This document shows, piece after piece, positions 18,063 through 28,300 of a DNA stretch of 43,640 nucleotides. The notes beneath the pieces are model-generated. The model made no database searches. It saw only the letters and a program-made list of their open reading frames with translations, and was not told the origin of the DNA. A program made the position numbers and the translations under genes. The DNA is from a virus (Duplodnaviria > Caudoviricetes): positions 1 through 43,640 of the IMG/VR virus record IMGVR_UViG_3300038988_000505. One strand, written 5' to 3'. The number at the start of each line of letters is the position of its first letter. Within the stretch, counting starts at the first letter, position 1.

Positions 18063-18491
18063 GTGGCCTACGCGACGCAAGCCGACATGGAGGATCGCTT
18101 CGGGGCGGCGGAGCTGGTGAAGCTCACCGACCGGGGCGATCCTCCCGCCGGTCAGATCGACGCGGCCGTAGTGGCGCGCGCGATCGCCGACGCGGAGGCC
18201 GAGATCAACGGGTACCTGGCCGGCCGGTATGCCCTGCCGCTGGCCTCGGTACCCGCCGTGCTGGCCCGGATCGCGTGCGACCTGGCCAGGTACTACCTGT
18301 ACGACGACTGGACGAACGAGCCGGTGCGAGACCGCTACGAGGACGCCGTCCGGCTGCTGAAGGGTATTTCCGAGGGGAAGATCGCCCTCGGGATCGATCC
18401 GGCGACGCAGGATCCCGTGACGCCCTCCGGAGCCGCCTCGTCGACGGCGGCGACCCGGGTGTTTTCCCGGGACACCATGAGGGGGTACTGA
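18063..18491 (+). CDS. head-tail adaptor (Mu gp36 / DUF1320)
   Basis: YAT.ADM..RFG..EL..LTD, INGYL.GRY.LPL, ACDLARY.LY. Confidence 0.9.
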   Translation: MAYATQADMEDRFGAAELVKLTDRGDPPAGQIDAAVVARAIADAEAEINGYLAGRYALPLASVPAVLARIACDLARYYLYDDWTNEPVRDRYEDAVRLLKGISEGKIALGIDPATQDPVTPSGAASSTAATRVFSRDTMRGY

Positions 18492-18495
18492 AGAA

Positions 18496-18954
18496 ATGGC
18501 CGATCCGGTACGCGAGAAGAACCTGCAGAACCTGGCCGACGTGGTCTCGACGGTAAAGCAGTCCGGCGGGTATGAGATCGACGTCAGGACCGTCGAGCGC
18601 GTGCGCCGGAGAGGGTACCAGATGCACGATTACACGGCGGTGAACATCCTCGAGGGGGTCGAGAAGAAACAGGACGGCCCCGGGCATCTCGTCACCTGTT
18701 TCCTGCCGGTCTACATGGAGATCTCCGTGTGGAAGGCGGAAGACCTCGCCTCCGAGGCGAACAAGGCGATGGCGGCGGTGATGAAAGCCGTCATGGCCGA
18801 TCCGCAGCGGGGCGGTTGGGCCACCGACACCCGGGAGGTCGGCAGCCGGATGTTCCTCGACGAGAAAGACCCGGCCAGGCCGATCGGCGGCTTCCGGGTG
18901 GAGCTGTCGATCGAATACAGACACGTGCGCAACAACCCGTACGCCTCGATGTGA
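18496..18954 (+). CDS. putative tail terminator / completion protein
   Basis: Position and size; DPQRGGWA.DT and final beta strand. Confidence 0.6.
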   Translation: MADPVREKNLQNLADVVSTVKQSGGYEIDVRTVERVRRRGYQMHDYTAVNILEGVEKKQDGPGHLVTCFLPVYMEISVWKAEDLASEANKAMAAVMKAVMADPQRGGWATDTREVGSRMFLDEKDPARPIGGFRVELSIEYRHVRNNPYASM

Positions 18955-18973
18955 CGAAGGAGGAATCCAGGCC

Positions 18974-19897
18974 ATGCTGATCCGCAAGACGACCCTGCTG
19001 GCGAAGGTGGAAACGACGTACGGCACGGACGCGACTCCGACTCCGGAAGCCAACGCGATCCTGTGCAAGAACCCCGATCCCCGGGCGACCGGCGAGGAGC
19101 TGGTGCGGGACAACGTCCGGTCGACCCTCGGGCCCCTGGCGCACGTCATCGGGGAGAAATACGGCGAGGTGAAGTTCTCCACGGAGCTCAAGGGAAGCGG
19201 ATCCGCCGGCGTCGCCCCGGAGATCGGACCCCTGTTCAGGGCATGCGCCTTCAAGGAGACGGTCGTCGAGAGCACGTCCGTGGCCTACGATCCCGACTCC
19301 GGCGGCGACGATTCCCTCACGATCTACGTCTACCGGGACGGGCTGCTCTACAAGCTGACCGGCTGCCGGGGGACGGCCGAGGTCGATCTGTCCGCCGGGA
19401 AATACGGGGAGATCGCCTGGACCTTCCAGGGGATCTGGAACGATCCGGTGGACGCCGCCCTGGTCGACGGCACCTACGCCGCCGTGCAGCCGCCGGTGGT
19501 CTTCTCCGCCGCCCTCTCGATCGGCGGCTATGCGGCGGTGTGCACGAAGCTCGCGCTGAACCTGGCCAACAGCCTGGCGCAGCGGCGGGACATGAACCAC
19601 GCCAACGCGATCCGGGAGATCGCGATCACCGGCTGGAACGACCGCGGCGGATCGTTCGACCCCGAAGCGGCGCTGGAAGCCGCGCATCCGTTCTACGCCA
19701 ACTGGAAAAACGGCGTCCAGGCGGCGCTGACCTGCACCGTCGGCGGCACCGCGGGCAACCGTTGCGTCGTCTCGGCGCCCAAGGCCCAGTACAAGTCGAT
19801 CGGCCCGGGCGAGCGCGACGGGATCTACGTCTACGACATCCCGCTGCGCCTTGCCGTGAACGCAGGCGACGACGAAGTGAAGTTCCTGTTCAACTGA
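18974..19897 (+). CDS. major tail tube protein (non-contractile tail)
   Basis: LLAKVETTYGTD start; no sheath gene present; precedes chaperone and tape measure. Confidence 0.8.
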   Translation: MLIRKTTLLAKVETTYGTDATPTPEANAILCKNPDPRATGEELVRDNVRSTLGPLAHVIGEKYGEVKFSTELKGSGSAGVAPEIGPLFRACAFKETVVESTSVAYDPDSGGDDSLTIYVYRDGLLYKLTGCRGTAEVDLSAGKYGEIAWTFQGIWNDPVDAALVDGTYAAVQPPVVFSAALSIGGYAAVCTKLALNLANSLAQRRDMNHANAIREIAITGWNDRGGSFDPEAALEAAHPFYANWKNGVQAALTCTVGGTAGNRCVVSAPKAQYKSIGPGERDGIYVYDIPLRLAVNAGDDEVKFLFN

Positions 19898-19928
19898 CCG
19901 CAAACCGCCGAAAAAGGAGCGCGACAAA

Positions 19929-20315
19929 ATGCCGATAGCGATCGACCCGGGAAAGACTTGGGACTACGTCCTCAAATGCGACCGGGAGCTGCCCGAGGAG
20001 CAGCGGACCGTATTCAGCCTGCGGGTGCTGACGGCCAAGCAGCTCGCGGAGCTCGAGGATCGCGCGGTCCGGAGCGATCCGGCCGGCAACCTCGAGTATC
20101 GCACCGGCACGTCCACGCTCCAGATCCTCAAGATGGGGGTCACCGGCTGGAAGAATTTCCGAGGCGCGGACGGCTCCGAGATCCAGTTCCGGGAGAACAA
20201 CGGCAATCCTCGGGACGAAAACTGGGACCTCCTGCGGCCGGAATGGCGGCGCGAGCTGGCCAACGCCGTCACGGAGCAGAACCGCCTGTCGGAGGAGGAG
20301 AGAAAAAACTCGTAG
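19929..20315 (+). CDS. tail assembly chaperone (lambda G-like)
   Basis: Between tube and TMP; ends in slippery A AAA AAC at 20303-20309. Confidence 0.85.
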   Translation: MPIAIDPGKTWDYVLKCDRELPEEQRTVFSLRVLTAKQLAELEDRAVRSDPAGNLEYRTGTSTLQILKMGVTGWKNFRGADGSEIQFRENNGNPRDENWDLLRPEWRRELANAVTEQNRLSEEERKNS

Positions 20316-20650
20316 TGCTCGCGGCGTTTTTGGCCGGCGAGCTGGACCGGTACGACTGCGGGAAATGCCCGCCGGAATTGCAGGAGCAACGGGGATGCAG
20401 GGAGGATGCGAAAAGCCCCCTGCTTCAATTCGAGGACGGATCGGATCTCAAGCGCTGCCCGGTCCGGTCGATCACGCCGGAGATAGCGCGGCTGTCCAGG
20501 GCGTACCGGTACGCAAAGCAGGGGCTGTTCCCGGCGGCCGGCGGCTGGCTGGACCAGAGCGCCACGATGATTGAGGCGCTGGATCTGCTGGATAAGGAGG
20601 TCGCGAGCTATGCAGAAGCAAGACGAACTCGCGATCGTCGTCCGCGTTAG
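20309..20650 (+). CDS. -1 frameshift extension of the chaperone (G-T-like)
   Basis: -1 frame open to 20650: KLVVLAAF...C..C...C...CP...GGWLDQ. Confidence 0.75.
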   Translation, partial: LVVLAAFLAGELDRYDCGKCPPELQEQRGCREDAKSPLLQFEDGSDLKRCPVRSITPEIARLSRAYRYAKQGLFPAAGGWLDQSATMIEALDLLDKEVASYAEARRTRDRRPR

Positions 20651-22985
20651 GGACTTCGCGACGGCGGCCCTCGAGAAGGTGAAGGCCGTCGTCGGTGGAA
20701 TCGGGGGGCATATCGCGGGCCTGTCCCGGAACTGGATGGCCTACGGCCTGGCGGCGTCGGCTGCGATCATGGTCGCCGCGAAAGCGTGGAACGTCGCCGA
20801 GATGGGCGCGAAATTCGCGCAGCAGAAGCACTACCTCAACGACCTGGCCGCCGCCTACGGCACCACCGCGGACTCCATGGTCGAAAACATCAAGCGCATG
20901 TCCGGAGGCGAGATCGACACGAAGACCGCCGTGGAAGTCGGCGCGTCCGCCACCTCGAAGGGGATGAAGCCGGAGCAGTTGTATCAGCTCGCCCGGGCGT
21001 CGGAGACGCTGGCCGACGTGACGGGCGAGAACACGGCGGAGGCCTTCCGGAAATACGCCCTGCAGGTCGTAAACGCCAAGAAGCCGACCGAGGAGCTGCG
21101 GCAGATCATGGAGCAGGCCTCCGCGGTCCAGGGTGTCCTGGGCTCGTCGACGGACGACGTGGCGGACAAAATGGCGCGGGTGAGGGCCCAGCTGGAAGAT
21201 GCAAAGCTCGCCATGCAGGTTCTCGTCATGCGGGGCGGCTTGTTGTTGCTGGGCCTGTTCCAGACGGCTGCAGCTGCGGCTTTGACGCTCGCGAACGCCC
21301 TGGCTGCTCCCGTTACCGCAATCACCGCGATGACCGACGTTCTCGGGATCACCGAGGGTAAATTCGAGAAGATGCTCGCATTTCAGGAGCAGCTCGGGGA
21401 AGCTGCGTCCTACACGTGGGGGCAGGCCAAGGATAGTTTCTCGGCCATGGCGTACGGGCTCGACGAAACAGCAATCGCCGCCGGCCGTAGCAAGGAAGCG
21501 CTTGAAAAGCTCTTTAACAAGGACAAGGTCAAGGAACATCAGAAAGCCCTCGAGGATTCCCAGGAGAAGATCGACCAGATGTACGCCCAACACGGCGCCT
21601 CCCGGGCGCGTACCGAGGGGGAATTCACGCGGGCGAAGATCGTGGAGTTCGAGGCGGCGCACAAAGTGGCCTTCTCGGACCTGGCGCCGGAATACCGCGC
21701 GCGGTTCCTCGAGGTGGTCCGCGACGACTGGGGGAAGGTCCTCGAATCGCTCTCCCAGGAGCAGCGGGAATGGGCGTCCGAGGTGGCACGCCTGGCGGTG
21801 GCGGCTTCGGCGGCGGAGATGGCCGCCCGGGCGGCCGAAGCCGAGGATACGGTGCGGCACGAGATGGCGCTCGATGAGATGCGCTACGACCGCTACGAGA
21901 TCCTCGAGTCGGAGCTGATCAACCGCCGGGCGGAGAACGAGAAGAGGATCCTCTCTTTTCGCCGGGCCGCCCTGGCCGACCAGTCCGCATCCACCGACGG
22001 CGAGGATCCGGAGCAGGTGAAGATCCTCTCCGAATATCGGCGCATCCAGGGGCAGATCGCCCGGATCGAGGAGCTGCGCGCGGGGCAGTACAACGCGGCG
22101 ATCACCCGGGAGACGCGGGAGCAGCTCGAAAACGCCCGGGCGATCGCGCGGGAGACGGAATCGCTGGGGATGACCGGCAACCGGAAGGCCGTCCACGACA
22201 TGCAAAGCGCCTACGAAGACGACGTGGCCAGGCATAAAGAGATGGTCTACCGGAAACAGATCACCTGGGAGGAATACGACCGCTGGGCGGTCGCCCGGGA
22301 AGGGCGCCTGGCGGAAGACCTGAAGGAGATCGAGGGGAGCTATTACGACGGCGCCCAGAGGGCGCTGGAAGAGTATATCGACGACGCCCGGAACCTGTTC
22401 GCCCAGGGGCGGGATTTATTCGCCAACATGCTGGGGGGCTGGGAGGATTCCCTGGTGCGATTCGTAACCACCGGCAAGGGGAAGTTCCACGACTTCGCGG
22501 ACTCGGTGATCGCGGACCTGGCGCGGATCGCCCTGCGCGCGACCATCACGGCACCGCTGGCGAACGGGCTGCTTGGGCTGTTTTCCGGCGGCGGCGCGGC
22601 GGCGTCCTCCGTCAGTCTCTCCGGCGGGAACTACGCGCTCTCCGGGCTGTCCAACGCCGGCGGATCGTGGTTTCCGCCCGTCACGGGCATGGCCTCCGGC
22701 GGTCCGTACCAGGCCGGCAAGACTTATATGGTCGGCGAGCGCGGCATCGAGCTGTTCAAGGCGGGGGTCTCCGGCACGATCGTTCCGAACCACGCCCTGG
22801 GCGGGAACACCACGATCAACGTCAATGTGCCGGTAACCGTATCCGGCGACGGCGCTTCCTCCGGACGGCGCGGCTCGGCCGGAGATGCGGCTGAAACCGC
22901 CTCGGCTCTCGGCCAGGCCATCCGTCGCGCCGTGACCGACGAGATCCTGTCGCAGAAGCGCCCCGGGGGGCTGCTGTATGTCTGA
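20610..22985 (+). CDS. tape measure protein
   Basis: Ala-rich helical protein; lambda-like C-terminal F.DFADSVIADLARI and YMVGERG.ELF; TAAGGAGG SD. Confidence 0.9.
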   Translation: MQKQDELAIVVRVRDFATAALEKVKAVVGGIGGHIAGLSRNWMAYGLAASAAIMVAAKAWNVAEMGAKFAQQKHYLNDLAAAYGTTADSMVENIKRMSGGEIDTKTAVEVGASATSKGMKPEQLYQLARASETLADVTGENTAEAFRKYALQVVNAKKPTEELRQIMEQASAVQGVLGSSTDDVADKMARVRAQLEDAKLAMQVLVMRGGLLLLGLFQTAAAAALTLANALAAPVTAITAMTDVLGITEGKFEKMLAFQEQLGEAASYTWGQAKDSFSAMAYGLDETAIAAGRSKEALEKLFNKDKVKEHQKALEDSQEKIDQMYAQHGASRARTEGEFTRAKIVEFEAAHKVAFSDLAPEYRARFLEVVRDDWGKVLESLSQEQREWASEVARLAVAASAAEMAARAAEAEDTVRHEMALDEMRYDRYEILESELINRRAENEKRILSFRRAALADQSASTDGEDPEQVKILSEYRRIQGQIARIEELRAGQYNAAITRETREQLENARAIARETESLGMTGNRKAVHDMQSAYEDDVARHKEMVYRKQITWEEYDRWAVAREGRLAEDLKEIEGSYYDGAQRALEEYIDDARNLFAQGRDLFANMLGGWEDSLVRFVTTGKGKFHDFADSVIADLARIALRATITAPLANGLLGLFSGGGAAASSVSLSGGNYALSGLSNAGGSWFPPVTGMASGGPYQAGKTYMVGERGIELFKAGVSGTIVPNHALGGNTTINVNVPVTVSGDGASSGRRGSAGDAAETASALGQAIRRAVTDEILSQKRPGGLLYV

Positions 22986-23322
22986 GACCTTCACCTGGTC
23001 CCCGTCCTACTCCTCGTCCCTGGACCGCGAGCCGCGGATCCTCGAGGCGGCGTACGGCGACGGCTACGCGCAGCGCACCGGGGACGGCATCAACAACGCG
23101 CCGGGGACCTGGAACCTCTCGTTCGATACGCGAGAGCAGTCCGAGATCTCGGCGATCGACGATTTCCTGGCCGCGCGCGGCGGCCACGAGTGGTTCTACT
23201 GGACGCCCCCCGGGAAAACGCAAGGAAAATACGTCTGCAAGGCCTGGAAGGCCAGCTATACCGGGCTTCGCAACAGCAGTTTGACGGCCGTTTTCCTGCA
23301 GAATTTCACGAACGAGACGTAA
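22978..23322 (+). CDS. lambda gpM-like distal tail protein
   Basis: ETFTW.P, YGDGYAQR..DGINN, F.WTPP. Confidence 0.9.
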   Translation: MSETFTWSPSYSSSLDREPRILEAAYGDGYAQRTGDGINNAPGTWNLSFDTREQSEISAIDDFLAARGGHEWFYWTPPGKTQGKYVCKAWKASYTGLRNSSLTAVFLQNFTNET

Positions 23323-23329
23323 GGGCGGC

Positions 23330-24007
23330 ATGGCGATCCGATCCGACATCCAGAAGCTCTCCCCGGGGACGCTCGTCGAGCTGTACGTCATCGACCTGTC
23401 GATCTTCGGCCAGGGGCTGTTCCGCTGCCACTCCGGCACGAAGGCGCTCGGAGCGGGGCCTATCGTGTTCCAGGGAAACAGCTACGTTCCGTTCCCGATC
23501 GAGGCCAGCGGATTCGAGTGCGTCGGCCAGGGGCAGTCGCCGCGGCCGAAGGTCACCGTGGCGAACGTGGACCAGTTCATCGGCGCGCTGAACCGTGCGT
23601 ACGACGACATTGTCGGCGCGAAGTTCACCCGGAAGCGTACCTTCGCGAAATATCTGGACGGCGAGGCGACCGCGGATCCTCTGGCTGAATTCCCGCCGGA
23701 CATCTACTACATCGAGCGGAAGATCGGGGAGACCAGCGTCTCCGTGGAATACGAGCTGGTCGGCATCTGGGACCTGGAAGGCGTCAAGCTGCCCGCCCGC
23801 CAGGTTGTCGCAGACGTCTGCTGGTGGCATTACAGGGACGGCGACTGTCCGTATACCGGAGGCCCCGTAGCGCAGGAAGACGACACGCCGACCGACGATC
23901 CCGACCTGGACAAGTGCGGCCGGCGGGTATCGTCCTGCCAGCTCCGGTTCGGCTCCGACGCGCCGCTGCCGTTCGGGGGATTCCCCGGCGCCGGGAGGGT
24001 GTACTGA
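23330..24007 (+). CDS. lambda gpL-like tail tip protein
   Basis: RKRTFAKYLD, ADP.AEF, C.W.YR..DC.Y.G, DKC..R.SSC.LRFG, FGGFP. Confidence 0.92.
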   Translation: MAIRSDIQKLSPGTLVELYVIDLSIFGQGLFRCHSGTKALGAGPIVFQGNSYVPFPIEASGFECVGQGQSPRPKVTVANVDQFIGALNRAYDDIVGAKFTRKRTFAKYLDGEATADPLAEFPPDIYYIERKIGETSVSVEYELVGIWDLEGVKLPARQVVADVCWWHYRDGDCPYTGGPVAQEDDTPTDDPDLDKCGRRVSSCQLRFGSDAPLPFGGFPGAGRVY

Positions 24008-24720
24008 TGGACGCGACGGTCCTGGAGACGATCCGGACGCACGCCGTAGAAGTGCCGGCCGAGGAGGTCTGCGGCCTGATCGTCGCGGCCGAGGGCGGCG
24101 CGCAAGTTCCCGTGAGGGCGAGGAACCTGTCGGAAACGCGCGGCACGCATTTCGTGCTCGATCCCGCCGATTACGTCGCGGCCGTGAAGCTCGGGGAGAT
24201 CGCGGCGATCTATCATTCCCACACGGCCGACGAGGTCGCCGCTCCGTCTCCCGCCGATATCGCCGCCTGCAACCGCCTCCGGATCCCGTACGTGATCTAC
24301 TACGGGGCCACGGACGCCTTCGAGACGATTCTCCCGGCAGCGGAGCCCACGCCGCTGATCGGCCGGAAGTTCATCTGGCACGTCCACGACTGCTACACGC
24401 TGATCCAGGACTATTACGACCGCACCCTCGGGATCCGCCTGCCGAACTTCGCGTACGAGCCCTTCTTCTGGCGGAAAGGCGGGAACCCGTACATGGAGGG
24501 GTTCGCGGCGGCGGGGTTTTCCAGGATCGACGATTCCCCCAGGGTACACGACGTCGTGCTGATGCAGATCCACGCTTCCGTGCCGAACCATGGGGCGGTC
24601 CTCCTCGAGGACGGGAAGATCCTGCATCACGTGATCGGACGGCTGTCGTGCCGCGACATCTACGGGGATTACTGGCGCCGCGTGACGGTGCACGTCATCC
24701 GGCACAAGGAGCTCGCGTGA
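24007..24720 (+). CDS. lambda gpK-like tail assembly protein (JAB + NlpC/P60)
   Basis: HSH...PS.AD JAB motif; DCYTL..DYY and NHGAV...ILHH. Confidence 0.92.
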   Translation: MDATVLETIRTHAVEVPAEEVCGLIVAAEGGAQVPVRARNLSETRGTHFVLDPADYVAAVKLGEIAAIYHSHTADEVAAPSPADIAACNRLRIPYVIYYGATDAFETILPAAEPTPLIGRKFIWHVHDCYTLIQDYYDRTLGIRLPNFAYEPFFWRKGGNPYMEGFAAAGFSRIDDSPRVHDVVLMQIHASVPNHGAVLLEDGKILHHVIGRLSCRDIYGDYWRRVTVHVIRHKELA

Positions 24721-25370
24721 AGAAGGTATCGCTCGAAGGCGTGCTGGGGGATCGGTTCGGCCGGGAATGGAGTCTCGACGTCCGGACGCCGGCGGAAGCG
24801 CTGCGGGCGATCGGCGTCCAGGCGCGCGGATTTCTCGAATTCCTTCGCGACGCGGCCGGAGACGGCATCGCGTTCCGGATCCTGCTGGACGAGGAGGAAA
24901 TCGGGGTGGACCGGCTGGCGGGCCCGTATTCCGCCCGCGAGGTCTTCCGCGTGGTTCCGGTCCCCGCCGGCGCCGCCAGCGACGGCCTGAAGATCGTCCT
25001 TGGTGCCGTCCTGGTGGCCGCGGCGGTGATCATGTCCGGACCCATCGGCGGAGCAGCCGTCAATCTTGGAGCGGAAGCGTTCGCTATTGCCGGCATGAAA
25101 ATCGCCTACGGTTCGATTGCGATGTTCGGAGTCGCGCTGATGGCCTCCGGGATCTCCATGGCGATGACGAAGACTCCCGAGGTCGGCGACCTGGACACCG
25201 CGGAGAACAAGGCGAGTTACCTGTTCAACGGCCCGGTCAACACCTTGGCGCAGGGAGGGCCCGTGCCGATCGGCTACGGGCGGCTGACGGTCGGCGCCAC
25301 GCTCATCTCCGGCGGGATCGCGGTGAACCAGATCATGGCGTACTCGGAAGCCCCGGAGTATGCCTGGTGA
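24717..25370 (+). CDS. lambda gpI-like tail assembly protein
   Basis: FGREW.LDV.TPAEALRA, SYLFNGPVNT.AQG.PVP..YG. Confidence 0.92.
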   Translation: MKKVSLEGVLGDRFGREWSLDVRTPAEALRAIGVQARGFLEFLRDAAGDGIAFRILLDEEEIGVDRLAGPYSAREVFRVVPVPAGAASDGLKIVLGAVLVAAAVIMSGPIGGAAVNLGAEAFAIAGMKIAYGSIAMFGVALMASGISMAMTKTPEVGDLDTAENKASYLFNGPVNTLAQGGPVPIGYGRLTVGATLISGGIAVNQIMAYSEAPEYAW

Positions 25371-28300
25371 CGACGGGAATGACGAAACAGCCCTTTGCGA
25401 TCGCCGGCGCGGGCGGCGGCGGGAAATCCGGAGGAGGCGGCAGCAGCACGCCGCGGGAGGATCCGGATTCCCTGCAGTCGCAGGCGCTCGCGCGCGGGAT
25501 CGACCTGATCTGTGAGGGGCCGATCGTCGGTCTGGTCGACGGCCCGCAGTCGGTCTTCGTGGACGGCACTCCCCTGGCGGGCCCGAACCACCTCGAAGAA
25601 GGCGAGCCCCAGTACAACTTCAGCGGGATCTCCATCGCCACGCGGCTGGGCACCCAGGACCAGACCTACATCGGAGCCGGGCCCGGGGAGCCGGCTATCC
25701 CGTCGGTCGAGTCGGAGACGGACGTCTCGGTGGAGATCACGCAAGCGTCTTCCGCAACGCACCAGATCACGGACACCGGGGCGGACTCCGTGCGGATCCG
25801 GCTGGGATTCCCCACGCTCTCCGAAGTGGACGTCTCCAACGGAGACACGCACGGCTCGACCGTGCAGATGCGGATCGACCTGCAGAAGTCCGGCGGGGAT
25901 TTCGTCGCCCAGCCGGTAGGGATGGCCTACAGCGCCATGACTCTGACGGGCGGGTACCTGGTCAACGGCGTCGCCGCGAAATCGTTCCTGGTGCGGGTCG
26001 CCTACAGCCGGGTCCATTACGACGAAGACACGCCGGGCGATTCCCACTTCACGTACGCGATCCAGTACCGGGCGAACGGCGCCACGGACTGGATCACGTA
26101 CGAGCAGAAGACGATCGCGCCCCCCTCCAGCCATTCCTCGAAATCGACGGCCACGACCGTCTCGACGGTGACGCTGCCGTCGTCAGGGATCTGGAATATC
26201 CGCGCGGTGAAGATCAGCGGGGCTCCCTCCCTGAAATCGTTCCAGGGCGCCGCCATGGTGCCATCCACGACGATCACTGTCTCCGGCAAGACGATGTCCG
26301 AATACGAGCGGGCCTATACCATCCCGCTCGAGGCCGGCACCGGCCCCTGGAACGTCCGCGTGACCCGGCTCACGGCGGACTCCACGACGCAGTACGTGCA
26401 GAACGCTTCCTGGTGGAAATCCTACACGCTGGTCCGGAACGAGAAATTCACCTATCCGCACTCCGCTCTCGTGGGGTTCACGGTCGATTCCAGCCAGTTC
26501 TCGTCGATCCCGACCCGGGCGTACGACATGAAATTCCTGATCGTGAAGGTGCCGTCGAACTACGACCCGATCACGAGGCAGTACACCGGCACGTGGGACG
26601 GGACGTTCGTCCTGGCGTGGACCGACAACCCTGCCTGGTGCTTCTACGATTTGGCGACGAACAACCGTTACGGGCTGGGGAAGCATATCGCGGCCGAGCT
26701 GCTGGACAAGTGGTTCCTGTACGAGATCGGCCGCTACTGCGACGAGCTCGTCCCGTCCGGTTATCTCGACGACAGCGGGAACGCCATCCTGGAACCGCGG
26801 TTCACGCTCAACTGCTACATACAGACCCGGACGGAGGCCTACAAGCTGCTGAACGACCTGGCCTCGGTTTTCCGGGGGATGGCGTACTGGGCGGGCGGGT
26901 CGATCATGGTGGTCCAGGACTCCCCGGCCGACCCGGAAATGATGTTCACGGCGGCAAACGTCGTCGACGGCGTGTTTCAGTACACCTCGTCGTCGAAGCG
27001 GGCGCGACACACCGTTGCTCTCGTGCGCTGGAACGACCCGACGAACATGTGCAAGCAGGCGGTGGAATACGTCGACGACGAGGAAGGAATCGGCCGGTAC
27101 GGGATCAACCAGACCGAGACCACGGCGTTCGGCTGCATCTCCCGCGGGCAGGCGCGGCGGTTCGGGAAATGGATCCTTTATTCGGAGCTGAACGAGCGGG
27201 AGATGGTCACGTTCCGGACCGGGTTCGACGGGACGTATCTCCGGCCGCTGAGCGTCTTCGGGGTATCCGACCCGAACCGGGCCGGCCGCCGGGTCGGAGG
27301 CCGGGTTGTCGAGGCGACGACGACCGTCGTCACGCTGGACGCCCCCGTGACCATCGAATCGGGCAAGACCTACACCCTGTCCGTCATCCTCGAGGACGGC
27401 TCCCTGGAGGATCGCGCCGTTTCGAACGCGGCGGGCTCCCACACGGAGATCGTCGTCGCTTCTGCGTTTTCGTCCGCGCCGGCTCCGGATGCCATCTGGG
27501 TGCTCAAGGCCTCCGATCTGACCGTCACGCTGTGGCGGGCGTTGTCGATCACCGAGCCGAAGAAGGGGATCCTCGAGATCGTCGGGCTGTCGCACTACCC
27601 CGGGAAATTCGACCTGGTCGAGCAGGGCGTGAAGTTCGCCGAAATACCGACCTCGTACATCACGCCGGAGTCGCACCAGATACTGCCTCCGACGGGCTTG
27701 ACGCTGGCCGAGGAAGCGTACGGGATCCAGGGGGGCGTCGTCGCCTACCGGCTCGTCGCGTCGTGGACGCCGTCCGTCAGCACGAACGTCATCGGCTACC
27801 AGGTCTCCTATCGCCACGTGGGCGACAACTGGACCACCCTGCCGAACCAGGCGATGCTCTCGGCGACGATCGACAACGTGCAAGTCGGCAACTACGAGGT
27901 CCGCGTGCGCGCCCTGAACGACCGGGGCCTGTATTCCGCGTACGAAACGGCGGAAATCACCGTCACGCACACCGGGAACGGCCTGCCTGCGATCGCCAGC
28001 CCGCTGTTCACGACCTCCAGGTGCACCTACACGGACAAGATCCAGCTCGTCTGGAGCCCGGTCGGCTCGGATGCGCTGGCCTACTACGAGGTCCGGACGG
28101 ACACCAACTGGGGCGTGGACGATTCCGGCCTGGTCTACCGGGGCCTGGCCACGACGTTCACGATGAAGCCGACCGGGGCAGCCAGCTATACGTTCCACAT
28201 CAAGAGCTACGACAGGCAGGGGAACTTCTCGATAACGTACGACTCGATCACGCTGACCTATACCGTGCCGGCGCCGGCGTTCGTCTCCTGCGAGGGAGGA

